From Macrostomum hystrix (Eukaryota > Animalia > Platyhelminthes), in assembly GCA_950097015.1 (NCBI GenBank), contig CATNEN010000034.1:2232001-2296000 (forward strand): 64,000 nucleotides of DNA. Direction: 5' to 3'. Positions 13,427-25,481 of the stretch are shown here, one piece after another. The stretch's first letter is position 1, and each line of letters begins with the position of its first letter. The position numbers and the translations under genes are program-made. A model generated the notes under the pieces. The model had not been told where the DNA came from and made no database searches. It worked only from the letters and a program-made list of their open reading frames with translations.

Positions 13427-13900
13427 AAGTACACCTAAGTAGAGCTTTTAAGCACCTGACAGCTTTCAAGTACACCTGAGTAGAGCTTTTAAGCACCTGA
13501 CAGCTTTCAAGTACACCTGAGTAGAGCTTTTAAGCACCTGACAGCTTTCAAGTACACCTGAGTAGAGCTTTTAAGCACCTGACAGCTTTCAAGTACACCT
13601 GAGTAGAGCTTTTAAGCAACTGACAGCTTTCAAGTACACATGAGTAGAGCCTACTAGTACACCAAATTAGAGGTTCCTAGTACGCGTGTCAGCATTCTGT
13701 TTTAAGTATACCTGAGTATAGCTATGAAGTACACCTGAGTATAGCTATGAAGTACACCTGAGTATAGCTATTCAGTACAGCTGAGTAGAGCTTTCTAGTA
13801 CACCTAAGTAAAGATTTTAGATAGAGCCTACTAGTACATTAAAGTTTAGGTTCCTACACCTGAGTAGAGCTTTCTATTACAACTTAATAGAACCTTGTCG
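13427..13900. repeat. 41-bp minisatellite (~5.5 clean copies) decaying into shorter GTACACCTGAGTAGAGC derivatives
   Basis: Unit AAGTACACCTGAGTAGAGCTTTTAAGCACCTGACAGCTTTC starts at 13427, 13468 and onward; degenerate copies continue to ~13915. Confidence 0.9.
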
Positions 13901-14190
13901 TACACCTGAGTAGACCTTTTACGATGCTCCACCGAACATGAAGACTGAGGTACATACAAATTTGTATATTGCTTGACTATATTTTTGGTGTCAAAAGTCC
14001 TTGAGTTAGCATGAATTTTCCATTATAGTCCAATTGCTTTAACTGATGACTCGACAAATTTCACCTGTGTTTCGAGGCCTGTCCAATCAAGATTGAGGAC
14101 AAGGGTGGCTGGACTGTATAAGGGGAAAAGGGAATGAGAAATTGTTGCCATATTCGTGTCTTCAACTAGAAAATCAGCGGAGACCTAGTT

Positions 14191-16768
14191 ATGGATTCAA
14201 ACAGGTAAGAACCAATATATTGTTTAGAAAGCACTCCGGAAGCAGCAAATAAGAGCTTTTTCACCTATCTGAGAACTGCCTCTTGTTGACATAGCTCGTA
14301 ATTCTTACATATTCAAATACTCACATGTTTTGCTTTTTTATCGACTTATTTTTTCTTCTAGCATGAAGACATGAACTGGAAGCACATTCGTAACACCTCA
14401 ATATCGACTATTCTAATAAATTCAAACGTCAAAATTGAATAGTTTGTCTTCTTTAATACAGTGCAGCGAGTTAGTTTCCCACATAACCAATCGGTGCTCA
14501 GGTTGCATTGAATGATTTTGCTGAGCAAAATCCGGGTGACACAATCCCACGCTCCAGACTGCGACAATTTTTATTTCTTGATTCAATGGAATGAAGTACA
14601 ATATAATGGAATGGTTGTGATGCCTGTACTTCTGTGGAAATAAATCTTGGTACCGATGTGAGTCGGAGTGACTTTCAAAAACGGAACATTGTGTTGAACG
14701 CAGGCTCCATTCCTATTTTCCGTCGACCATTGAAAATATCTAATCGGATGAACGAACGACGATTATCAATTTATTGTACATTTAAATAGCTTCTGTCTTT
14801 ATTTTGCCTTTGTTTGTCTTTACTTTGAAGATAAGTCATTACAGTTTATAGAGTTTTATAAAGTCGTATAATCACTCAACTTGGGTGAAATTTGACGAAG
14901 CAGTATATTTACCGTCGGAGTTTATCTTCTCGCTCACTGTTGTTTGAGTATTGTTCGTCAGTGACTGCGAGCCTTTGTAAACTAAATTTTTTGTTCTATT
15001 AGCTTGACCAAATTACCCCCCACCAGCAGCCTGGATGGTGCTGTCACCACAAGCAACTCATATCTGTCGAGCATTCAGGTGGTTCAGCTCACGATGGAGT
15101 TAATAATCGCAGTAGTTGCTGTCCTCGGCAACTCGCTCACAATTGCCGTCGTATTGCTGGATCGTTCTATGCGCAAGGCGACCAACTTTCTGGTGGCCAG
15201 TCTAGCAGCCACCGATCTTCTCGTCGGCTCGGTGGCGATTCCGTTGTCTCTAGCCGAAGCTGAAGGATTTCCAAGGTAACTAGGATTTGAAATTAAGCGC
15301 TACTGTTGCAAGCTCGTGTAGATTCCCAGGAAATGATTAGAAGCGTCTTATAAAACGACCATTTGCTAACGTCGCGTTTGCTAACAGGTACATTGTACTT
15401 TTAAAAATCAACTGCTGACTAAGTGACGAAAATAGTTGGGCGAGGACAAACTTCGCTGCCTATGTTAATTATACCCTCTGGGGATTTCTGCGGATTCGCA
15501 ATCCCATTGCTGCTCGAGCACGCCTCATAAGCTGGAACTTTGATCGCGAGTAGGCTTAGCCTGTGGAAGGATTTGATAAATCACACGTAGGTGTGTATCT
15601 TAAGCTGATCGATAGTATTCTGAATAGGGCAGGTTTTTATTATTTAGTCCTTGGTATTCCAACACAGAAAGAAAGCGAATAAAGAAATATAATCTTCAAA
15701 TCCGATTGTAGCTTATAAAAATGTTGTACGTCAACTATTTTTTAGCAAAGTAGCTCATAGAATTGACTTTATCTAAAGAAAATATTTAAATGGTGAAATA
15801 TTTAATGAAAATGCTACCTTAACCCACAGATACTATAATAACAGTTATTATAGTTATTATAGTTATTAACAGTTATTATAGTATCTGTGCCTTAACCTAG
15901 CTTTAAGGATTTAAACTATATTACATCCTTCAAATCATTTTAGTTTCAATGAGATACATTTAAGCAATGAGAGTAACCTTTTCTTTTATTACCAGTAAAA
16001 TGACAAACCATGCTTTATAGTCAGCTTTCTTGTCAACGCGACATAAACTAAGCTTCTCCCAACCGCATTGCCAGGAACAACTTCACAGCCTGCTTGGCTG
16101 TAAACTCGCTAATCGTAGGCCTCACTCAGGTGAGCATTTTTGGCCTCCTGGCCATTTCGTTGGAGCGATTCGTGGCCGTGAGATTCCCACTGCGGTATAG
16201 GGGCCTGTGCGAAAATCGGTGCGTCGCTTTAACCTGTTTTGTTGTCTGGACATGCGGAGTCACGGTGGGTTGCGCGCCTCTCATGGGCTGGAATCTGGGC
16301 CCACCGCCTGATGGTCGTTGCAGCTTCGTCGGTGTTGTTGACATGAAGTACATGGTGTACTTCAACTTCTTCATTTGTGTGCTGCTGCCCCTGCTGGCCG
16401 TTGGTTGCGTCTATGGATACATTTTTCGGACTCTTCTGTTTCGATCGATTCACTTGTCGAGTGGGGCGTCTGCTGACGAGCGCCGGGCTGCGCGCAGTCT
16501 GGCTCTAGTTGTGCTGCTGTTTGCAGCCTGCTGGCTGCCGCTGCACGTGCTGAACAGCCTCAGCCTGTTGTGCGGAAGCCGCTGCGGCTTCCCTTACGAG
16601 TTGTTGGTGTTCGCCATCCTGCTCAGTCACGCAAACAGTGCCGTTAATCCTTTCGTCTACGCCTTCACTAATACGCAGTTCCGCGAGGCCTATCGTCGGC
16701 TGCTGCTCTGCCGCAGATGCCGTGATGTGTCGCCGCTCGTGCCACGAGGCGTCTCCACAGCTGCTTAG
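14191..16768 (+). CDS. AdoR: Adenosine-receptor-like class A GPCR (3 exons)
   Basis: Exons 14191-14204 (ATG GAT TCA AAC AG|gtaag), 15003-15275 and 16075-16768 join in frame. Motifs TNFLVASLAATD, SIFGLLAISLERFVAVRFPLRY, PLMGWN, YMVYFNFF, CWLPLH and LSHANSAVNPFVY match the adenosine receptor family. Confidence 0.88.
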
Positions 16769-17547
16769 AGACGGTTGATGACTCTCTAAACTCTACTGAA
16801 GAGCTGGGATCGTACGCATGAGACAATTATCCCAGAAAATATTCTATGTGTAGTTACTTCAAACTAGGGACACGAATGTACACGTACGAATATGTTGCTT
16901 GATTAGATGAAACAGAGCAAAATTACAGTGTCTAGACTGCAAGGCAAACTCCTAGATTGACAGCTTCCATCCAGCAAAAAGGCTAAAAAACTTATAGAAA
17001 AATGACCTCTATCTCACTTTAGAAGCAAGACAAATTATGAAGCATCTTTCAAAACCTGTACTTTTTTCCTGAAGTGACTACAATTCGTTAGGAAGTGAAA
17101 TTTGTAATCATCATTTTTGCAAAGCCATTTTCGATTAGCAAGAATTCAGCTTGTCTAATCAAAGACTACCTTTGCTGCATCATTTCTCAGGTCTTTTCAA
17201 GAGAGAAATCGAGACAGTAAATCGATTTGACGAAAGTTCTTTGATATTGATGTAGAAGCTACAAGGTCAAATGAATCCATTGGATAAAATTGTTGAGACT
17301 ATGGAGCGATAGTATTATTTTATTATTACTATTTCTATAAAAACATACGTAGCTCGTAAATGCTCGTATGTGAGATTAAAAAAGAAGCAGTGCTAATTCT
17401 AAACCGAGTTAAAAAACTTTTTATATAATTCTACGTCAATTCTTTAATAGTTGACTTTCAGATATTGGTACTCTAGTAAATAGAATGGTTGAAAATTCTG
17501 CTAATAAAAAAAACTGAGAGTTGATTGTGCTGTTACTGTATATCAAT

Positions 17548-20500
17548 CTAATCCACTGGTTTGGACTCCTGAAATCCGGCCATTATAAGTCGAACAAAAC
17601 CGCGAAAATCAACGTCGCCTTCATCGGAGCCACCTGTCATCGATTCGGCAAACATTTGGCGGGCCTGCAACTCAAGCGTCGGCTGGCCGAGACTCGTCAG
17701 GCAAGCGGCCAGCGACTTTGCGGACCAGACGGTGTCGCCGTCATCGTCAACAAGAAATTGGAAGGCGAGCTGCAGGTTGCGGTGACGTTCGCGGCACGAC
17801 TGATTTTTGAGACCACGACACACCAGCGTAACGAACTCTGGATAGCCAAGTTTACCAGAATTTCCGTTTCTAGCGATCTGAATAGTCTCCTATAAATGTT
17901 AGAGATTTGTTAGAGACTCATAATTGAGAAAAATTATCATTTGAATGGGCATCATTTCTAAATCAAAAGACCACAGAATGTTTTCCTTAAAATATGCTAT
18001 CCCTTCTCCTGTCTAGTTGTAGTAGTAGGTTGTTGAAATTTACACCACATTACTTTATATCCCAAAAACTTTTAAATTTCCTAGTACTTGGCTCGTAATG
18101 TACTCGTTATTCTGACTGACATCTAAAAGCTGCTACTAAAAATATCTAAACTTCAAATATTTCAGTTGAATGAAATAATCATTTGACTATCAAATGTTTC
18201 ACTTTCTCTCCGTGAATTTTCCATTCGGCTCACGAGCACGCGCATCAAAAATACTGTTTTCGTAATCAGTACAGTTTTATCCTTATTCTCTTATTCTTGA
18301 GTACTAAACTGACGGACCAGATATGAATTCAAACACGAAGAGAAGTGTAGCCATACATTTTTTTTCAACTATTCTGTATCTAGTATTCCATGACAGCAAA
18401 ACTTGGTTTCCTACATTCAGCCTTACGAAATAATACGACAGAGACTGTTCGGTTTGGTAGCACCTGGTCGGTTCGGGTCCTGGTCGGTAACGCCCTGTGC
18501 GTGATCTCCTACCCGAATTTATAGTGTATTACTTTTCCGATACGATTGGACAACTACAAAGACCACAACTTCCTCAACATGTGTGCTTAACAGTAGAAAT
18601 ACCACGCTATTTTAAATACCCCACAACTACAAAGACCACAACTTCCTCAACATGTGTGCTTAACAGTAGAAAAAGCACGCTATTTTAAATACCCCACAAC
18701 TACAAAGACCACAACTTCCTCAACATGTGTGCTTAACAGTAGAAATACCACGCTATTTTAAATACCCCACAACTACAAAGACCACAACTTCCTCAACATG
18801 TGTGCTTAACAGTAGAAATACCAAGCTATTTTAAATACCCCACTGCCTACTTCCCGATAGCTCCCAAACCGAATGACAGATTTTTGTGAAGGTCAACCAC
18901 ATCGATTCAAATTCCCCCCCTTTACGATGAACAGACTTCCAAAGCCATCCAGCGTCAGCATCGTCGAGTTGTTCAGCGATTCTTGTCGAAGACCCTGGTG
19001 ACAATGACAACTAACATTGCTGTATAAACGTCTATGGCAAATCCATATTGGTTAAAAAAATATAATCATTACAATATAGTCAGAAATAATACCCGAGGAC
19101 ATGATTACGTAATAAAATTTGTGAGCAGATAAAATTATGCCCATATTGGTTATTTTTGCCAACAGACACCCGAAGCGAATCATTGAATGTCTCACATATT
19201 TCGATGCCGATGTTTTTTCTGGAAGTTGTTTCATCAGATGGAGCGAAAAAATTTTGCCCGTGTTCTGGATATTCATGGCGATTGGTTGAATATTTTAGGA
19301 GACATCGAAAAAATATGGGCATTCATAATACCCCAGGTCTTTCTCTGCGACAAATTGGACGCACAATATTGATTTTCTACTTTTGCTAACGAAAAAAAAT
19401 CGGACGCGCTGATGCTGCTGCTCTGCTACATTCACTCGCGCATCTCTGTAACTGAGGACGTCGACGTCGTGTGCAGAGAAGCTTCAATCACTTATGAAGT
19501 TTTGGGTGTTTGAGAACACTTCTCTCAGGATGGCAGATCGGATCAGCCCTACATTTCTCAATGAGAGAAGTCCATTTGGTATTGATTTGCGACAACAGAA
19601 CGCTGCCCAAAAATAGGGTAAATAGCCTTACGAGGTACTGATTGTAGGATATTCCGCTAATTAATTTTTTTGTCTCTTCCTGAGGAGGTTGTAGCCTAGT
19701 TGTTAGAGAGTTTCGACTCACGGCTTGAAGGTCGAGGGTTCGATTCCCAAATCTACTGGAACAATTTGTGTCCTTTAGCAAGACACTTAACTCTGCATTG
19801 CTTCAGTTCACCCAGCTGTTAAATGGGTATCAGCATTAGTTAGGGTCATTGAGGCTGGGTGTCCCACCAGTCCATGGACTGAACAGCCGTACGCAGCCTT
19901 CAGATGCACCGCGCAATAGCTGCGGTCGTGCTGTCGGTTGCACATCTGGCCCGATTGGGGCAGGTGTAATCAATTATTTTTATTATAATGAGTTTTCCAC
20001 AGTTAGCTTAGTTCCTGCGTGTAATTAACTAATTAGTCATCCACAGAGACGCCGATGAGCACTAAATCATCATAAATGATTGTGGCTGTCTGTTTGATCT
20101 ATAAAAACACCCGATCTATCATTCACAACCGAGCAAAAGACAGCCAGCTGTGTTCCATGACCATAATCCATGATAGGAAGGAGCTGAAGCTGTGTTCTAA
20201 AGTTGACTCTATGAAAATATTGTGAGTTATAAATAACAAATTAAACACATCTATTTAGGCAGTCGTGTCTTGAGTTCTGACTCCTGGCCCCAGCTATGCA
20301 AAAGGTATTCATCGATTCTAAGAAAAGCATTATACGGCATCGTCATTTGTGCATAAATACCGTAAGTCAACTGTAATTTCTGTCGCGAATTTCAGCTCTG
20401 TGGGGGTAATTAGTTCTCTGCTGCTGGGGGGGGTTAGTTCTCTGCTGCTGGGGGGGGATTAGTTCTCTGCTGCTGGGGGGGATTAGTTCTCTGCTGCTGG

Positions 20501-21619
20501 GGGGGAATTAGTTCTCTGCTGCTGGGGGGGAATTAGTTCTCTGCTGCTGGGGGGGAATTAGTTCTCTGCTGCTGGGGGGGATTAGTTCTCTGCTGCTGGG
20601 GGGGATTAGTTCTCTGCTGCTGGGGGGGATTAGTTCTCTGCTGCTGGGGGGGATTAGTTCTCTGCTGCTGGGGGGGATTAGTTCTCTGCTGCTGGGGGGA
20701 TTAGTTCTCTGCTGCTGGGGGGGATTAGTTCTCTGCTGCTGGGGGGGATTAGTTCTCTGCTGCTGGGGGGGAATTAGTTCTCTGCTGCTGGGGGGGATTA
20801 GTTCTCTGCTGCTGAGGGGATAGTATTCACATGTACCTCAGTAGCATTAAGCTGAGTTGTATCAAACGTAAGTTGCTTGTGTAATTTTGCCCCAATGGGG
20901 CTCTTGGTGTACAGACCGGATGTCTCAGAATGTATTCAAGCTCAGACTGACTATTTTTGTATTTAGTGAGAATTCTAATTCTCTTTGATTCGCAATCAAG
21001 TATATTCGCAATCAGGGAAATTAATACTGACGAAATGAGTTTTCGTTTTTGTTTCTTTCATGTGTGTTTTCTCCTTCTGCATTGCACAAGATTTTTTGTC
21101 TGACCAGTAGTGCTCCCCGAAGGGGGGCAAAACTTGCTAGTCCTTTCTCTCTCGTTGTCGCTGCACGCGGCTGATCTCTCATTCTCTCTCCCTTACTCCT
21201 TCCTGATTGGTCGCCACCTCACCCCAACTGCTAAACGTTCTTATTCACTAACCCTCTTTCTTACACCCAAGTGTCTGTATGTGCCTACCCCAACTATTTC
21301 TCTACCAGTTGGTTATTACATATATATATCGCACATTTTCAGTATCCTCTCTCTTAAAGAAGTAGCTTTTTACTATCGTACTTGTGCTCATGCATAGCTA
21401 GAAGCCTCCAAAAAATCAGCATTCTCCAACGTTCTCACTAACCTTCGCCAAGTCCTCAGAAGCGCCGGGCACGCGAAAGGCCCGCATTGCCGCCAGCAAG
21501 TCTCGCTCGCCAATCTGACCGTCACCGTCCTGGTCCAGGTAACCGAAAGCTTCCTGCAGCTCGACCGCCAGTTGTGCATCGATGCCCGTCACAATGTCGG
21601 ACAGTCCGCCGTCTCCCAT
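17548..21619 (-). CDS. Calmodulin / myosin regulatory light chain-like four-EF-hand protein (~168 aa, 2 coding exons)
   Basis: Exon 21443-21619 (ELQEAFGYLDQDGDGQIGERDL) joins exon 17548-17877 in phase 0 (GKLGYPEFVTL...LQLAFQFLVDDDG...GDVDFRGFVRLI) with canonical GT/AG. Confidence 0.8.
18550..18842. repeat. 73-bp tandem repeat x4 spanning a MITE end and its flank
   Basis: TTAACAGTAGAAA occurs at 18587, 18660, 18733 and 18806, an exact 73-bp period. Confidence 0.92.
18810..19360 (-). mobile_element. TTAA-flanked MITE (family M) with a single 42-bp unit
   Basis: Begins TTAA|CAGTAGAA and is a reverse-complement homolog of 42120-42565. It contains one GCCCGTGTTCTGGATATTCATGGCGATTGGTTGAATATTTTA unit near 19257-19298. 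The far end is degraded. Confidence 0.75.
19687..19989 (+). mobile_element. SINE family B (tRNA head plus a central domain resembling the MetaSINE-type core)
   Basis: Head GTAGCCTAGTTGTTAGAG...GGTTCGATTCC; core GTGTCCTTTAGCAAGACACTTAACTCT...CACCCAGCTGTTAAATGGGTA; AT-rich tail. Homologous to 24876-25190. Confidence 0.85.
20410..20818. repeat. ~24-bp G-run minisatellite, (ATTAGTTCTCTGCTGCTG6-8)n, ~17 copies
   Basis: Read directly from the sequence; unit length varies with the G-run. Confidence 0.95.
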
Positions 21620-22837
21620 CACCTATAAACCGGCGGTTTGAGACCAGCCGGCTCACTCACGCCTTTGCTGCTTCGCTAGAGTTAAACTGCTTTTTAATAT
21701 TTCTGCAAGTGGTTTGCTTTTTAAATTTAATGGCAAGCCCAAGCGGAAATTGAATGAGAAAAAGTGACGCTTGGCCAGCCACCCCTTCGGCCCTCCCCCC
21801 CGACGCCACTTCCTTTCCTTTCATGGACGCAGCATTTTCAGGCCTCGCTTTTTTAAGTAGTGCGACTGAATTCAGAGTTTGAGCATAAGCAGAGTTTAAT
21901 CTTATATAGTTTCTTTCACTTTTTTATAAGCCTGATGGTTGAGTGCAAAACTGCACAGTCAGTAAGTTAATATTTGCCGACACTGGCGTGTTAACAAGTT
22001 ACGCATTACAGAATTATATTCACGAAAAACAGCAAAGAGTACTTCAATGAAAGTCAACGAAGCTTTCCAGAAAGCTTGACATTCTAATAGTTAATGTGAG
22101 ACTAGTCGGTCTTATTGTTTTTCATTTTTAAATATATAATATCTTTATGCACCATGCCTTCTTTTCGCCTCAGTTTCTTGATGCATGGATAAAGTATTGC
22201 TTGCTCTTTTTCTGAGAACAATGCGGCCCTACGAGTATAAAATCTCCGAAATTTGTGTATTACGATGCTCACTTTGAATCGACGGCCCGATTCGAAAGTT
22301 CAGTCCATCTTTGTGAGTCCAATCTCTGCAAAAACTTTGGCATGGCATATACTGTGTTCAACGGATGTATTAAGTGTGCTTTACTCGTTTATATTCGTGC
22401 CCTTAACGATTTCCTGATACCACTGTACCTTAAGTGTACCCTAGCCTAAGTGTAAGACCAAACGTACCCCTCCCTCACCTTCACCCAATGCGAACTGTTT
22501 AGGCTCCATGCCGGTCACTAGGACCTAGACTTCAACCACGGACCTGAGGAGTCCCAGGTAATTACTGTATTGTACCTTTCGCATTGCCTTCATTCCTAGT
22601 AATAAATTTATATTGATAACAACAAAGTTTACTGAAGGACATTAGATTTAAGTAGATTTGTAATTGTTAAAGCGATGCTAAATCAGCCTGCCGAGCAGAG
22701 CCGATGAGGTTTGATGTATTTTATTAATAATTTAGTGCTCAATCAGCTACGATTTTGTGCTGCTAACATTGACGAACGCAATGAGTCTGTGGAACACACG
22801 GTCTTTGACTCTTAGTCTATCTCGCTATGCTGGCGCG

Positions 22838-23591
22838 CTATTCTCGCCCGCGCACTCCCACTTGGCTCATCAGCGAGTCCACCTGTCGCTCGAGATCGTC
22901 CAGTTGCCGTTCGACGGCATCAGAGCGGTCGTTGATGCGATCCGCGGTGACGCCGAAGCTGCCGATTAGCGTCTGCAGAGCCGAGGCAATCTGACAAGGC
23001 AGACAGGGGTACCGTTCAGGAAGGGTTAGCTTATTTAACTGAGCAACCAATGCATTTCGTCCTTCTGGTCGTTCTTCCGCTCGTTCATCGAGATTTGACG
23101 TTGTTCGACAATCGAAATTCAATGGAAGACATCAAAGAATGCCCAGCAGCCACTATTTTTGGAAGGCTTATGGTTAAGCCTAAGTTTATAAGTTGCAGTC
23201 TGTTTTGGAAGCATTCTACAAGGCGCCTCATCACACTAACTGGCCACTTTGGTGACGCACAACCACGCCACGTATACCAATAAACTTTAGGAGCTAAACT
23301 CTAGGAGAAAGCGGTTTTCCTTGGTTAGTCGATCGCTAATTTCTTTAAAAGCTAAGTAATCTTCGATGTATCCATGGCAATTCTAAAATGTCAAAATACA
23401 CGTACATGCGCCTGCAGCTCATCCACCGATTGTGGGTCACAGCTGCCAAACTGCCGCTGCTGCTGCTGCTGCTGCTGGTGGTGCTGGTGCTGGTGCTGGT
23501 GCTGGTGCTGTTGTTGCGGCAGTTGCTGGCTATACAAACCACTGCTGCCAAAGGCACCGCCGTTAAGTCGCATTGATGGCGCGTCCATCAC
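22838..23591 (-). CDS. HSBP1: HSBP1-like coiled-coil protein with a Gln/His-rich N-terminal extension (112 aa, 2 exons)
   Basis: Exons 23406-23591 and 22838-22990 join in phase 0. DPQSVDELQAHIASALQTLIGSFGVTADRINDRSDAVERQLDDLERQVDSLMSQVG aligns by eye with the HSBP1 family pattern DPKTVQDLT...[33 protein letters not shown]. Confidence 0.75.
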
Positions 23592-23714
23592 TTAAATGCG
23601 ATAAAATATGGGCAATCAAAGGTGTCTAATGCTCTGAAACAGATTGTACGAGTATGTTCTTTATTGATTGATATTCGCAATGGACTAAGCTCGTTTTCCC
23701 TCACAATAGAGCCG

Positions 23715-23723
23715 CTTTATATA
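23715..23723 (-). promoter_or_regulatory. Candidate TATA box for the HSBP1-like gene
   Basis: TATATAAAG on the minus strand, ~125 nt upstream of the ATG; motif match only. Confidence 0.3.
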
Positions 23724-24875
23724 GTGGCCATCCCAAAAGCTCAGCTTTCAAGTAGATGAGGAGCTTCATTCATTTTTGTTCCCATTCTGTCGCTTCTCTC
23801 CCGTCCCTCTGCCTGAATTGACGAGGAGTGCGGGAGCCTGACTAGACCCGGCCAGTAGAGGCAGATGAGGATTGGCGGGTAGCGGGCCACTGGCGCACGC
23901 ACTGATGCTGGGGAGAATGAGAATCTGAGTCGAGACAGCGAGGAGGCTGGATTCAGCGGGGAGGAGAGGACAATGGAAGAGCGGAAGAAGGCGGCACCGG
24001 CACGCGAAGTTGAGGCTGGGCAGCTGAGAGAGGATCTGGGTGAGGACTGAGCTTGTAGCGCAGGCGTCTCAATTGCAACAATTGTTTGTTGCTTGCTCCC
24101 AGCACAGCGGGATGCAGCGGGAAGGCAGATTCCTGCTCCTAATCCTGGCACCCTGGCAACCAACTGATTGCGCATGCACTGTTTGGGATAAAACTGATGG
24201 AGTGGCAGGGGAAATTATGGCAGGGAGCTAGAAATTTTGGGAAGGATGGGAAACAACCATTTTTGGGAGATTTATTGCCTCCATCTAATATAATTTTCGA
24301 CTCTCCTATTGTCTATCTGCTTGTACAGTGAATTAAAAATCTAACTGGAGAATTGATTTTTCTGGGCGTGTATCCGGTCTAGAACTTAAAAACAACGCCA
24401 TAGATACTACTGGATAGTAGGCAATCTTTTCGTAAGAGTATTACTTTGTTCAATATAAAATTTGACCAGTGAGCGTGTTCTTTCGTATCAGCGGACTTAA
24501 CTCGCAGCACAGGTAGCCCAGTGCAATCGGGACGATTGGTCTCTACTTGTAGGGAGTGGTGACTTTTCAACATCGCATGCAGTGGCTGCTTTTAATTTTT
24601 CTAAATTTACTTCATTTAGCATGGGAACCGGGTAATTAACAGGGTTCATCCCGCATTTGCATTTATAATACAGTTACCCGGCTAAATTATTTTTAATTCT
24701 GAGTGTTGCTTTTAAATTACTCTAGATTCCAGTGCCTGATCTCGTTAGAAGTACAGTGAGTAAAAATAAATTGTTACATTGTCGCAAGTCTGAAGAAGAC
24801 TAGATATTATGGAGCAAATTGTCACACAGTCGGTAAAAGGAGATTAGCACTTGACTCCTATATTAAAACACTGTA

Positions 24876-25190
24876 ATAATAATAATTAAATTAATAATAA
24901 TTGGTTACACCTGTCCGATTGGGCCAGATGTGCAGCCGACAGCACAGCCGCAGCTATTGCGCGGCGCATCTGAAGGCTGCGTACTGCTGTTCAGTCCATG
25001 GACTGGGGGGACGCCACACCCACCTTCAATTATCCCAGCTAATGCTGGTACCCATTTAACAGCTGGGTGAACTGAAACAATGCAGAGTTAAGTGTCTTGC
25101 TAATGGACACAAGTTCTTCCAGTGGAGTCAGGAATCGAACCCCCGACCTTCAAGTCGTGAGTCCGACGCTCTAACCACAAGGCTACAACC
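24876..25190 (-). mobile_element. SINE family B
   Basis: Reverse-complement homolog of 19687-19989 with an intact tRNA-like head (GTAGCCTTGTGGTTAGAGCG...GGTTCGATTCC). Confidence 0.88.
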
Positions 25191-25481
25191 TCTGGTTGGC
25201 TACAACCTATGGTTGTAAAACACTGCAAAATATCAGTGTACCGGTAGGGTTCCGGTGGTGAAACAAAAAACGCGAATGAAATTCAATATAAATGAACGGA
25301 GGGTATTGCGAATCAGAACTATCTCGCAGCAATAAGAATGTATTTGACAAGATTAAGCATAAAAACTTTCAGTGAATTCACGAAATTCACAGACAATTAC
25401 TCGTGAATACTAGTATTTATGGTTATTCTTTAACGGCTTTTTCGATATTTTGAGACGCAGTAAAACTAGTTGTATTAAGCA

